Shown here one piece after another: positions 14,375-27,023 of a DNA stretch of 64,000 nt. The translations under genes were made by a program, and so were the position numbers. The stretch's first letter is position 1, and each line of letters starts with the position of its first letter. Origin of the DNA: Squalus acanthias (Eukaryota); assembly GCA_030390025.1 (NCBI GenBank), contig CM059432.1:57228001-57292000 (forward strand). The letters run 5' to 3'. A model generated the notes under the pieces. That model ran no database searches, had not been told where the DNA came from, and was given only the letters and a program-made list of their open reading frames with translations.

Positions 14375-17300
14375 CAACATCCTTCCAGTGAGGTGCATTT
14401 CCAATATAAATGCTTTGAATTGGCACTGGGGGATAGGTCAGACCCTTATATCCATCAATACAACTTGCATTTATATAGCATCTTTAACGTAAAACATGTC
14501 CCAATTCTCTTTATGGAGGGATAAGGAAAAGACATAAAAGGCTTTGTGGGACAGTTAGGAGAGGTAACTAAAAGCTTGGTGAAAAAATTTGGATAGGTAG
14601 GGATGGAATCATGTGAGGGCAGTCCCACAGAGGTGTACAACAGATGAGAGGCAATAGTGGAAGAGAGTGTGGTCAACCACATTGAATGCTGCAGAGAGGT
14701 TGAGGTGAACAATGAGCAATAACATGCCATGGTCAGTGAATATCATTCATGATCACTCCATGAATCAAGAAGAAAATCATTCTCCAGAATGAGATTCATT
14801 TATCAAATCCTCCAAAACAGCTGTAGGAGCAAACCTAAGGGCTGAATCAACCATCTGGTGTTTCCAGTGGGGAATGGTGCTCACAGGTAGAGCATCTCTG
14901 AAAATCATGGGCCGTGCACTTGCTACTTCCCAAGATGCTATCCCTGCACGTATTTTGTCCCACTGGAAGTGACAATTCTCAAAATCACCTGTTTTGTGTC
15001 TCACGTTCCCTGTAGTTTATCTGAGGTATTTGTGGAGTCATTTGATGGATATAAAGATATCTATACGTTAAGTGAATTTAGATTTCCTTTTCCATGTGCA
15101 GTAGGAGAGCGAGTGGGCAGGCTGCTACATCCACTCCCATCACACAACAGTGAATGGCCAATTGAAGTTCTTCTCCTACCTCTTCTTAGTAGAATGGGTT
15201 GGGTTAGATTGCACTTGAGAGTCGGGAGCCATTGGTAACACACAATTGATCCCTTTCTTATTTTGTATATAGGAAGATACTTTTCAATTGACCCAGGGCA
15301 TTCCTACCAGCCCAATGCAGTATGAAATGGCAGACTTACAGGGTACGAAAGTTCATTGACTGAGTTGTAGAGCCATGCAGACCAGGAAGGTCTCAATTTT
15401 GATCTCCAGTCTCAGCCAGGACAAGGGTAGGATGCTACAGTTGGCCTCTGCCCCTGCATTAGGGAGGGGAACAAGTCAGCCAGAGTCCACAATCATGATT
15501 GCTATCTCCTGCTGTAAATGCATGCCTGTGGATATCAGTCTATAAGGCCCTGGCCGATGAACACTCAACATTCACTGCCGAAGAAACATTTGATTAATGC
15601 CCATTTGGGTGAGATGTGGGAAGATGAGTGAGAGCTGTGGACCTGTGCCTCAAAAAAGCACCAACATTTCAAGTGAGAATGGGAGAGAAAAATTAGTGAA
15701 GAAATGGTAGAATTGGAAAAAATGAAAGACATCCTTGTTTTTTGGGGGAAAATTTGCTTTTCTCTTGTTGAAAGGCAAGAAAGCAATCCCTTGACTTTAA
15801 TTATTCACCAGTTCTATTACTCTATTGTTCCCCAGTCAATGCACAACATGTATAGGAACATCAGGATTTGAGTGTAAGAGTAACCTATAATCTTAATCAC
15901 TGATGGACACATGGGATGATTCATCCTAATGCTTATTGTTGACACCTCAAATCACTAGCATGATCAGCAATTCTGAAAATGGATATCCCTGTTGGTTTCC
16001 TCCACACTGAGATAATGATTGTGGAGTAATACTTAGAAGTACCGAGACTCTAAGGATAGAATATGTGGTATGAATATAACAGAAGGGCCATTCTCAGATC
16101 CATGTTCAACAATGGGTAGATTTTGACATCAATCTCATCTCCTATGTGGCCCAGGCACTTGGTACATTATATTGCGTAGCCTCCTCGAAGTAATTTAATG
16201 GCAGCTGTTAATGCAATCCATCTGAGTAGATTTTAGGAAGACATAGATAAGTTAGCAGAATGAACAGATAGGTAGCAGATGCAATTTAATACAGCGAGGT
16301 AATACATTTTGGGAGGAAAAACAAGTGATGGGAGTACTAACTCAATGCAAAGGTGCTGAAATATTTGGAGGAACAGAGACACCTAGGGGTACAAATACAT
16401 AATTCCTGAAAATGTGAGTGCAGGTAGATAAAGCCATAATTTGGCCAACAGCATTTAGGTTTTATAAATAGGGCCATAGAGTACATGAGGTTGTGATAAA
16501 TTTGTACAGTTATGCCACAATTAGAGTACTCTGTGCAGTGTTGCATGCCCCATTCGAGAAAGGACAGTAAAACTGTAGATAGCATACAATGTAGATTCAC
16601 CAGGGTAATAGCAGGCAAAGTACCTGCAGAAGGGGCAGGAAAATGAGGTGCAGCGACAGGAATCTCAGAAAAGCAGCTGCATGTCAGGGGTCAGATCATG
16701 GTATCTTCTGGCTTTTGATGGTGATCAGTAGCCATAAGGTCCAGATTGGACTTTAAAACCTGATGCTGCGGGGGTGGGATGGATAAAATAAATTGCAGTC
16801 CTTCGTCTGCTCCTGTGACCCATGTGGACTCTCAGTGGGGGTTTGGGGATGGCCACAACATCATGTTCTGGACGACCAGCAAGCAGCCAAACACAGACAT
16901 GAGGCAGGAGGCTGGAATTGCCATGCCTACCTCATTAGCATTCCTCTGACTGGCCTGTTCCTATCACAGTAGGTGCCATGTCCCTTCCAGAATAGCCACA
17001 GAAACCTTGTGGCTATATCAAGGAGATGGAGACCAGGCATTTTGGCTTCCACCTCTTTTTCCTGAAGTTTGTGTCTGGGGAACTGGAGGTCAGGGCAGTG
17101 GTCTTAATGTAAGAAACAACTAGATGCTGTAATGGGAATGCAGTAAGTCTGGAAGAATGTGATCAAATGTGCTGAAACGTCTTCGTCATCTAGACCTATC
17201 TGATAATCTCTTCTGAAAGCCTGGACGGATGCTGGGGTATAGTTCCATGAGTGATGGCCATCATCTGATATCTTACCCAACTGACCAATCTTCATGTTTA

Positions 17301-17407
17301 AGCCATGACAGTGAGTGTTAGTAGGCTAACCATCTATAAAAGGGGCATCACAACTGAATTAAATCATGTCCTCACCTGATGTGTAGGTACGTGCACTTTC
17401 CAGCACA

Positions 17408-17853
17408 GATAGAAACATAGAAACATAGAAAACTAGGAGCAGGAGTAGGCCATTTGGCCCTTCGAGCCTGCTCTGCCATTCAATATGATCATGGCTGATC
17501 TTCTATCTCAATACCATATTCCTGCTCTCGCCCCATACCCCTTGATCCCTTTTGTGTCTAGAAATCTATCTATTTCCTTAAATATATTCTGTGACTTGGC
17601 CTCCATAGCCTTCTGTGGTAGAGAATTCCACAGGTTCACCACCCTCTGAGTGAAGAAATTTCTCCTCATCTCAGTCCTAAATGTCCTACCCCGTATCCTG
17701 AGACTGTGACACCTCGTTCTAGACCCCCCAGCCAGGGGAAACATCCTCCCTGCATCCAGTCTGTCTAGCCCTGTCAGAATGTTATACGTTTCATCCCCTC
17801 TCATTCTTCGAAACTCTAGTGAATACAGGCCTAGTCGACCCAATCTCTCCTCA
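17408..17853 (-). mobile_element. CR1 LINE 3' fragment
   Basis: RLGLYSLEFRRMRGD peptide and (CATAGAAA)n tail. Confidence 0.9.
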
Positions 17854-18027
17854 TCACTGCTCAGTGATCAAGCGGGGCAATCCAGGCTTCCCTAGACCAG
17901 AGATGTTATGGCCACTTGTAGCATCCGAATCAACTTCCTAGCTGAGATTAGCAAACTCATCAAACCTGGGGACTTTCTGGTCTGTTTTGGTACAATCTAG
18001 TGCAGCATATTTACCCATTAAATCATC

Positions 18028-18280
18028 AACAACAACAACTTGTATTTTATAGCGCCCTTAACGTCGTAAAATGTCCCAAGGCGCTGCACCGGAGTATTAT
18101 AAGACAAAAAATTTGACACCGAGCCACATAAGGATAAATTAGGGCAGGTGACCAAAAGCTTGGTCAAAGAGGTAGGTTTTAAGGAGCATCTTAGAGGAGG
18201 AAAGAGAGGTAGCTAGGCGGAGAGGTTGAGGCAAGGAATTCCAGAGCTTAGGGCCGAGGCAACAGAAGGCACGGCCACCA
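18028..18280 (-). mobile_element. L2-type LINE 3' end fragment
   Basis: (CAA)n-CTTGTATTTTATAGCG tail. Similar ends at ~14457, ~38450 and ~45190. Confidence 0.55.
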
Positions 18281-20525
18281 AGGACGGTTATATGCACTTA
18301 AATCAAGCGTAATGTTGCATTCTTGAGTGTGTGGGATCCTCCATGCACTGCTCTTTGCAAAGGCATTTCCTGTTGCTCTTGGTCCCAGCCTCCTCCTCTG
18401 TAAGAAAAACTTGCCTTTTCACTCAAATCAGTATTTGGTGTTAAGGTTAAAGAAAAACTGATACCACCTAGATTCTAATGCAGTGTTACCTAGCAACGAT
18501 ATCATTGAAGCCATTATAGGTTGACCTGAAGTAGGTTTCTCAGCCATTACATGTAATGTGATACAAAACTAACGTAAATCATTGAAAAACATTGCGGACA
18601 ACACAGTATTTTTAGACGCAGACTGAAACTGATACTCAATGTTTTCTTGTCAGCCGAGTCATTTCCTTAAATCCATAATCATGGTTCACAAACAATGACA
18701 CAATCTGTGTTTATTTAGAAATACAGTTGAAGCCAGTTAAATGGGGCACTGAGGTTGGAATAAATGTGTCCCAAATATCAGGTTATCCACCAGTGACCAA
18801 AACTCATCTGTACCGAGTAAAATAGTTCCTGAACTATTGAGGCTTTGCCTAAAAGTATGCAGGTGCTATCAAATCTTTTCATCCGTGTGTAATGTCTTTC
18901 CCTCAGCTTTCAAAATATAAGTAAAACAACCTGTTTTTGAAGCTAGCCTTCCAGTTTATTAATAGTACACTAGTTATTTAAAAATGAGTTAAAATTGGCT
19001 GCTGAGTATTACCTTTTGAAACCCCAATCACATTAACATCCAATGGACTGCTGGAAACAATAACTAGTAATTGTACACTTCAGCAGAGAGAGTCTCAATT
19101 ACAATCTATTCCATTTAACTGTACAGTTTTGTTTATTTTAAAGCCAAACCTTTTCCCTTATTCCTTTTTATGACACTTGCTTGTTCTAAGTGTATGATAA
19201 TATAAATAATATCACTTTATATATATAGCAATATGGGTTATGTCATTTTAAGTGTAGAATAATAAGGGTAATTTCACTTTAAGTGTATGGTAATAAGGAT
19301 TGTGTCATTTTAAGTATATGGTAATACAAGTAATGTGAGTTTTAATGTATGGTAAAAAGAGTTATGGGGAGCAAATTTTAACATCCCTTTCCAGACAGTT
19401 AAAATAGAGCAGGAGTATTACCCGCAGTCTTCTCGCCCAGATCATGCCAACTGCAATTTAAATTGCAGGTGCCAAGGGCACCACCCGAAGCCAGTGGGGT
19501 CCTTGTTTAAATATGCAGATCGGGTTCTGATGACGTCAATATTAACTCCAGGCGTGCATGGAGTAGCCCTCACAGCGTCCCCGCCAGACCAAACCTGCCA
19601 GGAACAGGAGTTGGGGTCAGAAGAGGCCCAGCAAGCTAGGCTTTAAAAAAAAATTATTTCCTTGTGGGCCAGGAAGGGCAGAAATGCTCCTCCGAGCCTC
19701 AAAATTAAACCATGAACCTTCCCCTCCCTCCACACCATCACCTCCGGACCCCTCCATGACCACTTACTTGATGCCAGAGACCGTTCCCTCTGGCCGTCTG
19801 AAATCCTGCTCCTGCCCACCTGCCAGCCTCCTCAGCATTCCCGCTGGGTTTGGACGAAAGACCGTCCTGCAGAATGTAAATGAGACCTGGTTGCTAAAGC
19901 TATCTAGGGCTCCATGCTATCACTCCTAGATGGGCCAGCTGCTTGCTGGGCTGCGTTCCTGCCTGGGAGTTAAAATCAACCCCATGGTTTTAAGTGTATA
20001 GTTTTCGTTCTGTACTTCCATTGCCACCATTGCAAGTATTCATTCATTATTTGTTCGTCTATCTTTTGCATTCTATCCAGTTTAGACACAAGCTTTGCTG
20101 TTATAGATACTTAAAAACATATTTATTTCAATGGTTATTGGCACCAGTTACAGGAGTGTCCTGTTTCATCTATAACAGATACTCTATAATTGGTGTTAAG
20201 CGACAATCATCTGTTGGATTTGGCAGGTCAGTTATAGTAACATTCTCCCACTCAGTCAGCTCCAGTAATGTAGATGTATCTTTATGTTAAAATTGCATAG
20301 AGGATACTAATCACCTCTCAGTGGATAACAAGACAAATGATCCAATCGAGCCATTAAGATGACACGATAAATTCAAGCAGTTTATATGTCATCTAAACCC
20401 CTCGACTAGATTGGTATCTTAAATTAATGGATGACTACCTAGTAGTATTTATAATATGAACATGATGCTGAATTAGTAATTGACAACAGGTGATCTGGCA
20501 TCATTAAAAGTTCCATGTGATAAGG

Positions 20526-22727
20526 TGTAATGGAATAAGCCATATTCCAAGAAATACATCATCCCATGAACAGATTTTGATATTATTAATACAAGACATA
20601 CTGAGTCTAAAAGTCTGGAAAGCCTTGGCAACACAGGCTGCAAACACAATACAGGCTTCTGAGATAAGATGAAGTGTTAACACAAAAGCTGTAAAACACC
20701 ACAAGCTTTGAAATGGGAGATGGTTGTAAACACAAAAACAATGCCCCTATTGAAGCAAACCATTGGCGCTTCCAGAAGGTCTGGAGTTTGGGAGAAACAC
20801 AATGGAATGACCCAAGTAAAGTGTTAAAATCTAACACTTCGAACAAGAAACACAGAACATTAAAACAACCATATGCCTTCATAAAGTAACATCAAATAAG
20901 ACAGGAAACACGATTAAATATGCAACCAATTGAGATAGCAAGAAAACAAGTAAACACCCTAAGAGAAGTGGTTTTGATTTACATATTGTAAACGATACCT
21001 ACAGAGAGGCTTCGAAGATATAATATCAATAGATGATACCAAGCAATTACATTGTGTTCAGTGTGCCAGTGCAGCCTTCGGTCGCCTGAGGAAGAGAGTG
21101 TTTGAAGACCAGGACCTCAAACCCGGCACTAAGCTCATGGTCTACAGAGCAGCAGTGATACCTGCCCTGCTGTATGCCTCAGAGACATGGACCATGTACA
21201 GCAGGCACCTCAAAGCACTGGAGAGGTACCACCAATGCTGCCTCCGCAAGATCCTGCAAATCCATTGGCAGGATAGGCGCACCAATGTCAGTGTTCTTGC
21301 TCAGGCCAACATCCCCAGCATCAAAGCTTTGACTACGCTCGATCAGCTCCGATGGACGGGTCACATTGTCTGCATGCCTAATACGAGACTCCCAAAACAA
21401 GCGCTCTACTCGGAGCTCCGGCACGGCAAGAGAGCCCCGGGTGGGCAGAGGAAATGCTTCAAGGACACCCTCAAAGCCTCCTTGAAAAAGTGTAACATCC
21501 CCACCGACACCTGGGAATCCCTGGCCCAAGACCGCACAAAGTGGAGGAGAAGCATCCGGGAAGGCGCCGAACACCTCGAGTCTCTTCGCCGGGAGCAAGT
21601 GGAAGCCAAGCGCAGGCAGTGCAAGGAGCGCACGTCAACCCAAGCACCCCACCCACCCGCCCCTTCAACCACCATCTGCCCCACCTGTGACAGAGACTAT
21701 AGGTCCTGCATTGGATTCATCAGTCACCTGCGAACTCATTTTTAATGTGTAAGCAAGTTATCCTCAGTTCCGAGGGACTACTTAAGAAGAAGAAGAAGAC
21801 ATTGTGTTTGTATTGAACTTGGAACACCACGGAGTCAAGACGTCTGGTTTACAAGCAGTTAAGTGATATTAAGAATTCAATAGAAAGACTTCCTAAGAAT
21901 GGCATCAAAAAGATAAATCTATAATAACCATTTTATGATAGTTTTTGAAACACCTAAAGGTAGAGACAGAATTCTAAAAGTTGACAGCTGAAATGACAGT
22001 AAGAATAGAAAATAATTCAATAGAGTATCACTAGAGACAATTAGCTTACATCAGTGGAAAACTTCAAAGAATATACCACTAAAAAAGAGTATAAAAATAA
22101 AAGCTTTTCAGATAGAGTGTCAGAAGTCGCCGGAAGGGCAAGCGTTTCTCAACTTCACAGGCATGCTCTGTAAGTTTTTAACTCTGAGTCTCGGGTAATC
22201 AAGGTGTTTGATTTTGGTGGATATTCTGGATTAAGAAATAAGTAGAAGTGTGGAAATGTAACGAAATTAAGATTTGAGAATAAGGATCTCTGATAAGAAA
22301 TGTAAGCTATTTGTATTTTGAACGGTTAAAGTTGCGATTGCCATACCAGCTGTTAACTAGATGTCGGTTCTTTAATAAATCTATATATTTTTAGAATAGT
22401 CTCAAGTAATATTTCTGTATCAATCTCGCGAACTCAATTTCGGTACACTCTTCAGTAAGGAGTTGCAGAATTCTGGGGGGGGTTTCCCGGACACTCATAA
22501 TATGCAGAGGGTTACAGGCTAGTTAAACTTGTTAAAAGTGCTATCCGGAGGATGGTAACATCTTCAGGCCATTCCTTTCCTTTAGGGAGAGATAGTCTGA
22601 ACCTTTAGACCCAATTAAGCGTCTCTAGGATTCGGCTACCGCTAACTTTAGTTGAAGGTGAACGTCTGGGGAATACGCCTGATCTGGGGTAGCCCAAAAA
22701 GGGCTAGGACTAGTAATTATCCCTTCA
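20526..22727 (+). repeat. 5' LTR (~1452 bp after removing the RTE insertion)
   Basis: Starts TGTAATGG, ends CCCTTCA, direct repeat of 27403-29748. TATAAAA at 22090-22096, AATAAA at 22374-22379. Confidence 0.95.
21059..21798 (+). mobile_element. 5'-truncated RTE-clade LINE inserted in the 5' LTR
   Basis: ORF 21098-21745 (LLYASETW...LPKQALYSEL, C-terminal CxxC...HLRTH), (AAG)n tail, 10-bp TSD ACATTGTGTT (21049-21058 / 21799-21808). Site is empty in the 3' LTR (28821-28830). Confidence 0.92.
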
Positions 22728-22729
22728 GT

Positions 22730-22747
22730 TGGCGCCCAACGTGTGTG
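22730..22747 (+). promoter_or_regulatory. Primer binding site, tRNA-Lys1,2 type
   Basis: TGGCGCCCAACGTG gives 14 contiguous matches to TGGCGCCCAACGTGGGGC, 2 nt after the LTR end. This is the PBS used by foamy viruses. Confidence 0.9.
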
Positions 22748-23022
22748 TTAATGAGTTGATACAGAACCTATACTTATATTTATATCTATATCCATCTTGT
22801 AGATTGTTAAGTATAGAAGGAGTGTTTACTGACAGTGGTACTAAGACCCAGATTTAAGTTTCTGGAGATGACAAGTCCCTGATCAGGCCTTGTAGAACTT
22901 AAATCAGAACTCCCTCAACATACCATTGAGGTCTAGAAATTTCTTATAAAGTTCATATTAAACCCTAACCGAGGTTAGGTCCTGACGAAATTAAACCCTA
23001 ACCGAGGTTAGGTCCTGAAGAA

Positions 23023-24600
23023 ATGACAAACCCTGTCGGAATTGGCCAAGTCTTTTTATTAGAAAATTTAAACGATTGCTTTATTAGGGGAAATAATCCT
23101 ATCCCTGTAGCTCCACAAAACCAAGTGATAATTTTTGAAATAGAAGGCTTTGATGCCGAAGGAGCCGTTAGAACTCATGGCACGATTAATGTTGATCCCC
23201 AGAACCAGGGGATACAGAATATCCAGTGGGATAATCAAACAAATACTCCAGAGCCAATAAATTCCTTAATGATAAAGTGCACACCTGCACAATTGGGAGG
23301 CCTAATGAACGGTGCCCAACAAGGTGGTGGCAACCATGGCCGAATAGCAGGACCTGGAGCAGCCTATGCTCCTGGGGGCCATGGATTCCGGTTAAGGTGG
23401 CAAACTCATGAAGAAATAAATGCCAACAATCTTCGAGAAAATGATAGACAGCTTAGAATTCATTATAATCAATGCCGACAGGCACTAGCTCACTCTTATC
23501 TAAATGCTGGAGGCGCAATGATTAATGGTCCAGTAAACCGACCCCAGCAGCCACAAATTGCACCCCTAGGTCAAGTAAACCTGAGCTCTATCTACACGAT
23601 GTGTGGTAAACCAGGAAACACCAGCCAGGAAAAAACCTGCTGGATTCTAACTAACCTTGATAAATTGGAAACCTGTTGCCAAGATTGGAAATCCCAACAC
23701 CTGAGGCAACTACTGCAAATGATACTAAGTTCAGACTTAATTCCCCCATTAAACCAGTGTAACAACTGGGTTCAAATATACGCTTATGTTCTCACAGCAA
23801 CTCAGGGAGGGCGTGTAATGGGTTCCATCAAGGAAATACTCACTAATACAACCACAACTAAAGGGCTGGTAGCTGCCTACAGAATAGGCAAGGTACTTAC
23901 ACAGGATAACTGGGATATTGTCCACGGTTGCCTGGCCAATCAATACCAAAATACAGCCCTCAAACTTGCTTGTGAGGGTGCTCTAAACGATTATCGAGAT
24001 AACCAACAAAGATGGGATAATGTCAATCGCATTATCCAATTAAACCATGACCTCTTAGGTCTACCTCAAACTAAACCTATAATGAGATCAGAAACTAGGG
24101 ATAAAAAAACCGGAGAAGGTACCTTTGGTACTCAGAAAGAAGGACTGTATAGACCCAAGTCTCAAGTCCACCCTGCCTAGACACAAACTCATGGCTCGGG
24201 ACCCCCAAGGGGATATTCCAGAAGGTTTGCACCCCAAACTCGCCCACAATACGAGACAGATTTCTCCCCAGAAAGATGGGATAGACGAGGGGCTAGACCT
24301 CGAAAGGAAAGCGAAGGACAGTGGACTCCCTATGGGGACAGCTTTTACACTGGCCAAAGTTATCAGCGAGCCATGGGAGGATATCGAGAAAACCGATATG
24401 GGGATCAAAAAGATTCCCGGCAGAACCAATGTCCACCTCAACAGGAGGATCGTCCAGATAATAAACAGTCCGACTAAACCCCTCAGGGATCTGGAAAACA
24501 TGAAACCCCCAAGAGGGAGGAACAAAAATCAGTTAAAATAATTAAAGACAAAGAAGCAAATAAAACTCAGGATTCTGAGGATGAACAATCCCAGGATTGA
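23023..24600 (+). pseudogene. gag: Foamy-type gag, 525 codons with two in-frame stops (TAG 24178-24180, TAA 24475-24477)
   Basis: GLVAAYRIGKVLTQDNWDIVHGCL resembles PFV GVATAYTLGMMLSGQNYQLVSGII, and HDLLGL resembles the YxxLGL motif. The frame continues past the stop into a Gly/Arg-rich tail (GPPRGYSRR, WDRRGARPR) with no CCHC knuckle. Confidence 0.88.
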
Positions 24601-27023
24601 AGGCCTGGCACGCAGCCAGGGCCTCTTGAATTCACCTATGCCTTGGCAACCTTGCCCACAAACACACAAGTGAAGGCCCTGTTTGATACGAGAGCTGATT
24701 ACACTGTAATACATCCTGCAATTATAAAAACTAAGTGGACAGGTTTGGGAAGTCCAATTTGTAAAAGACCATTAGGGGGATTCACACAAGACAAAACCAA
24801 GATAATTAATTTTTACAAAATACCTATTACTATATATGGAATCACGGTGACCCTAGATGTAGGACTGGTACCACAATTGGCCTGTTCCCTCATTATAGGA
24901 CAAATAAACATGAAACATTACCTTAAAATCTCAACCAAACCTGTACAAGCATCCACATGGATGACAGGGAAAAACATGTTCGAACATAGCTTGATCGAAC
25001 TTGCCTAGAGGGGGGAGGCAAAGACCTCCTCGAGCAACTCATAAAAAATACTATCCTTATCTACAACGCCATCCAAATCAATGTGGAAAGATAGAGCATC
25101 TCCCCATCATGGAGGATGATGATACGGAGGAGGGAATCAGACAAATACCTATGAGACCGCTTATAGAATACCATCAAGTTATTTACTGTGATGGAACGTC
25201 AATGACAATTAAAAAAGGGACATTCCAACAATTTTCAGCTGGGATGGGGATAGTAGTAGGGACTTTGAGATTCCTATTCTTTTTATCCAGAAGAATTTCT
25301 GTCTAAACCCCTTGGCCATAAGACAGCGCAATATGCTGAAGCCGCAGCATTATGGTATGCTTTAGAGAAAGAAGACCTTATTAAACCCACATTGTGGGAA
25401 GACATTCTCCGTTCGAGGATGGAGAAACAGAATTGTCAGGTGATTCATGTAAACGGGCATACCACTGGGACAGTACACTCAAAAGGAAACAGCCTTGCTG
25501 ACGAACAAGCGAAACATTCAGTCTGCATGATACCCCCTCGAGAGGGGCCTGCCAATGTTAGTGTAATCACTAAGGCAGAACGGGCAGCTAATCAGGATGA
25601 GGAACTGATTCAGCTATTAGACCCGATAACAGAGAATCCACCAGAATATCCACCAAAGTACTTTTACTCGGAAACCCCTATGGGTATTGTGCTAGTTAAG
25701 TTGCCCAAGGGAAAATGAGAAGTACCCCCGAGCCGCAAATGAGAACAGCTTGTAAAAGAAGCTCACAAGGGCATAAGCTAAGTACATTGTAGTGCCAGAA
25801 CAACATTCTGCAAATTGACCCTCTTATATTGGTGGCCAGGCATGCTTAGAGCCTGTAAAACATACGTAGCAAATTGTGAGCCATGCTATTCGACCAATAA
25901 GTCATCACTAAATTAAGCCACCACCATTGGCTCCTGTGAAAGCTGATGAGCCAATGGGAAAATTCTTTATTGACTTTATTAGACCACTTTCCCCATCTTT
26001 GGGATATAGACATGTTCTCGTTTGTGTGGATGGATGCTCTTCCTTCTGCTGGCTGGTCCCCACAAAAACTGTTTCGGAAAACGCACTCGCCAGGGCTATT
26101 TCTGATATAATTACTGTAGCTGGTGCACCCAAAATCTTACACTCCGTTAAAGGCGGAGCCTTTGTATCCAAGGTCTTCAAAGCCTACTGTGAACAAAGGG
26201 GGATTGGGTTAGAGCACAGCATGCCACATCATCCGCAATCAGCGGGGCTGGTGGAATGTAAAAATCGGGGAGTAATAAAGTTATTGGTCAAACTGTTGAG
26301 AATCAGGGGGAATAAGTGGACCGCCATCATTCCGGAAGTACAGCTATCACTCAATAATGTGCCCACATCTGCATCAGGGACAGTGTCCCCTAAAACTCCA
26401 TATTATCTGATGTATGGGGTTGAGATGAATACACCGCTTACCCATAGTTCTTTTATTGCCTCTACACACTTTGAGTCCTTGACCCGACAGCGACAGTTAG
26501 AAAAAAAAAGTAGTAACAGAGGAGATTCATCGAATTGATCAGAGGATAAGGGAAGCAAATAGGCAGAAAAAATTGACAAATAAAGCATGGCAACCCATAG
26601 TAGGAGAATGGGTACAGGAAAAGAAGTTCGAGCAGAAATCTGGTTTAAGACCGAAGTGGAAAAAAACCTGTTCAAATACATTCTGTTATTAACGAAAGAA
26701 CAGTTCAAATACATATTAACCAGCCGAATGGCAAGCATATTTTTAAAACTGTCTCCATAGACAATATCAAGAGATGTCCTGCAGGATACCGAAAAAGAGG
26801 AATAATACAAGGTGCAGTTGTACACTGTTTTTTAAGACCCAGCTTGGAGCACGACATAGGAAATGGGTGCGATCGAATTACTGACGATGGGAAGTCAGAA
26901 GGTGTCGTTGGCTCTTCTACACATTGCTTGGATTTGCGAAAAGCAACAACCGAAACAAGGAAAGATCAACGAGTTACTTTAACGAAGGAGGAAGACATCG
27001 TGGATGAAGAAGGAATCAACTGA
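24581..27023 (+). pseudogene. pol: Foamy-type pol remnant: protease, RNase H, integrase; RT polymerase domain deleted; frameshifts and stops
   Basis: PR: ALFDTRAD (DTGA mutated). Linker: YYPYLQRHPNQCG. RNase H: IYCDG, AGMGIV, PLGHKTAQYAE, HSKGNSLAD. IN: YPPKYFY, YWWPGM..CEPC, KFFIDFIRPLSPSLGY, HPQSAGLVE, WQPIVGEWVQEK, LRPKW, TVSIDNIK. Second catalytic Asp of IN is Val (HSVKG). Confidence 0.92.

Noticed and set aside
15320..15560. Degraded SINE-like segments (also ~33800-34100 and ~56460-56770)
   Set aside because: Too diverged to assign a family or boundaries by eye
20504..20882. Duplicated minus-strand ORFs (also 28274-28655) as antisense viral genes
   Set aside because: Duplicated only because they lie in the LTRs; short, with no recognisable motifs
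24125..24541. 138-aa ORF overlapping the gag 3' end as a separate gene
   Set aside because: The gag frame continues through two point stops with foamy-like GR-rich content. The alternative frame has no ATG start and no recognisable motif
26616..26626. Central PPT at the position homologous to the PFV cPPT
   Set aside because: Purine-rich (AGGAAAAGAAG) but not a copy of the 3' PPT (AAGAGGTGGG), so it cannot be supported
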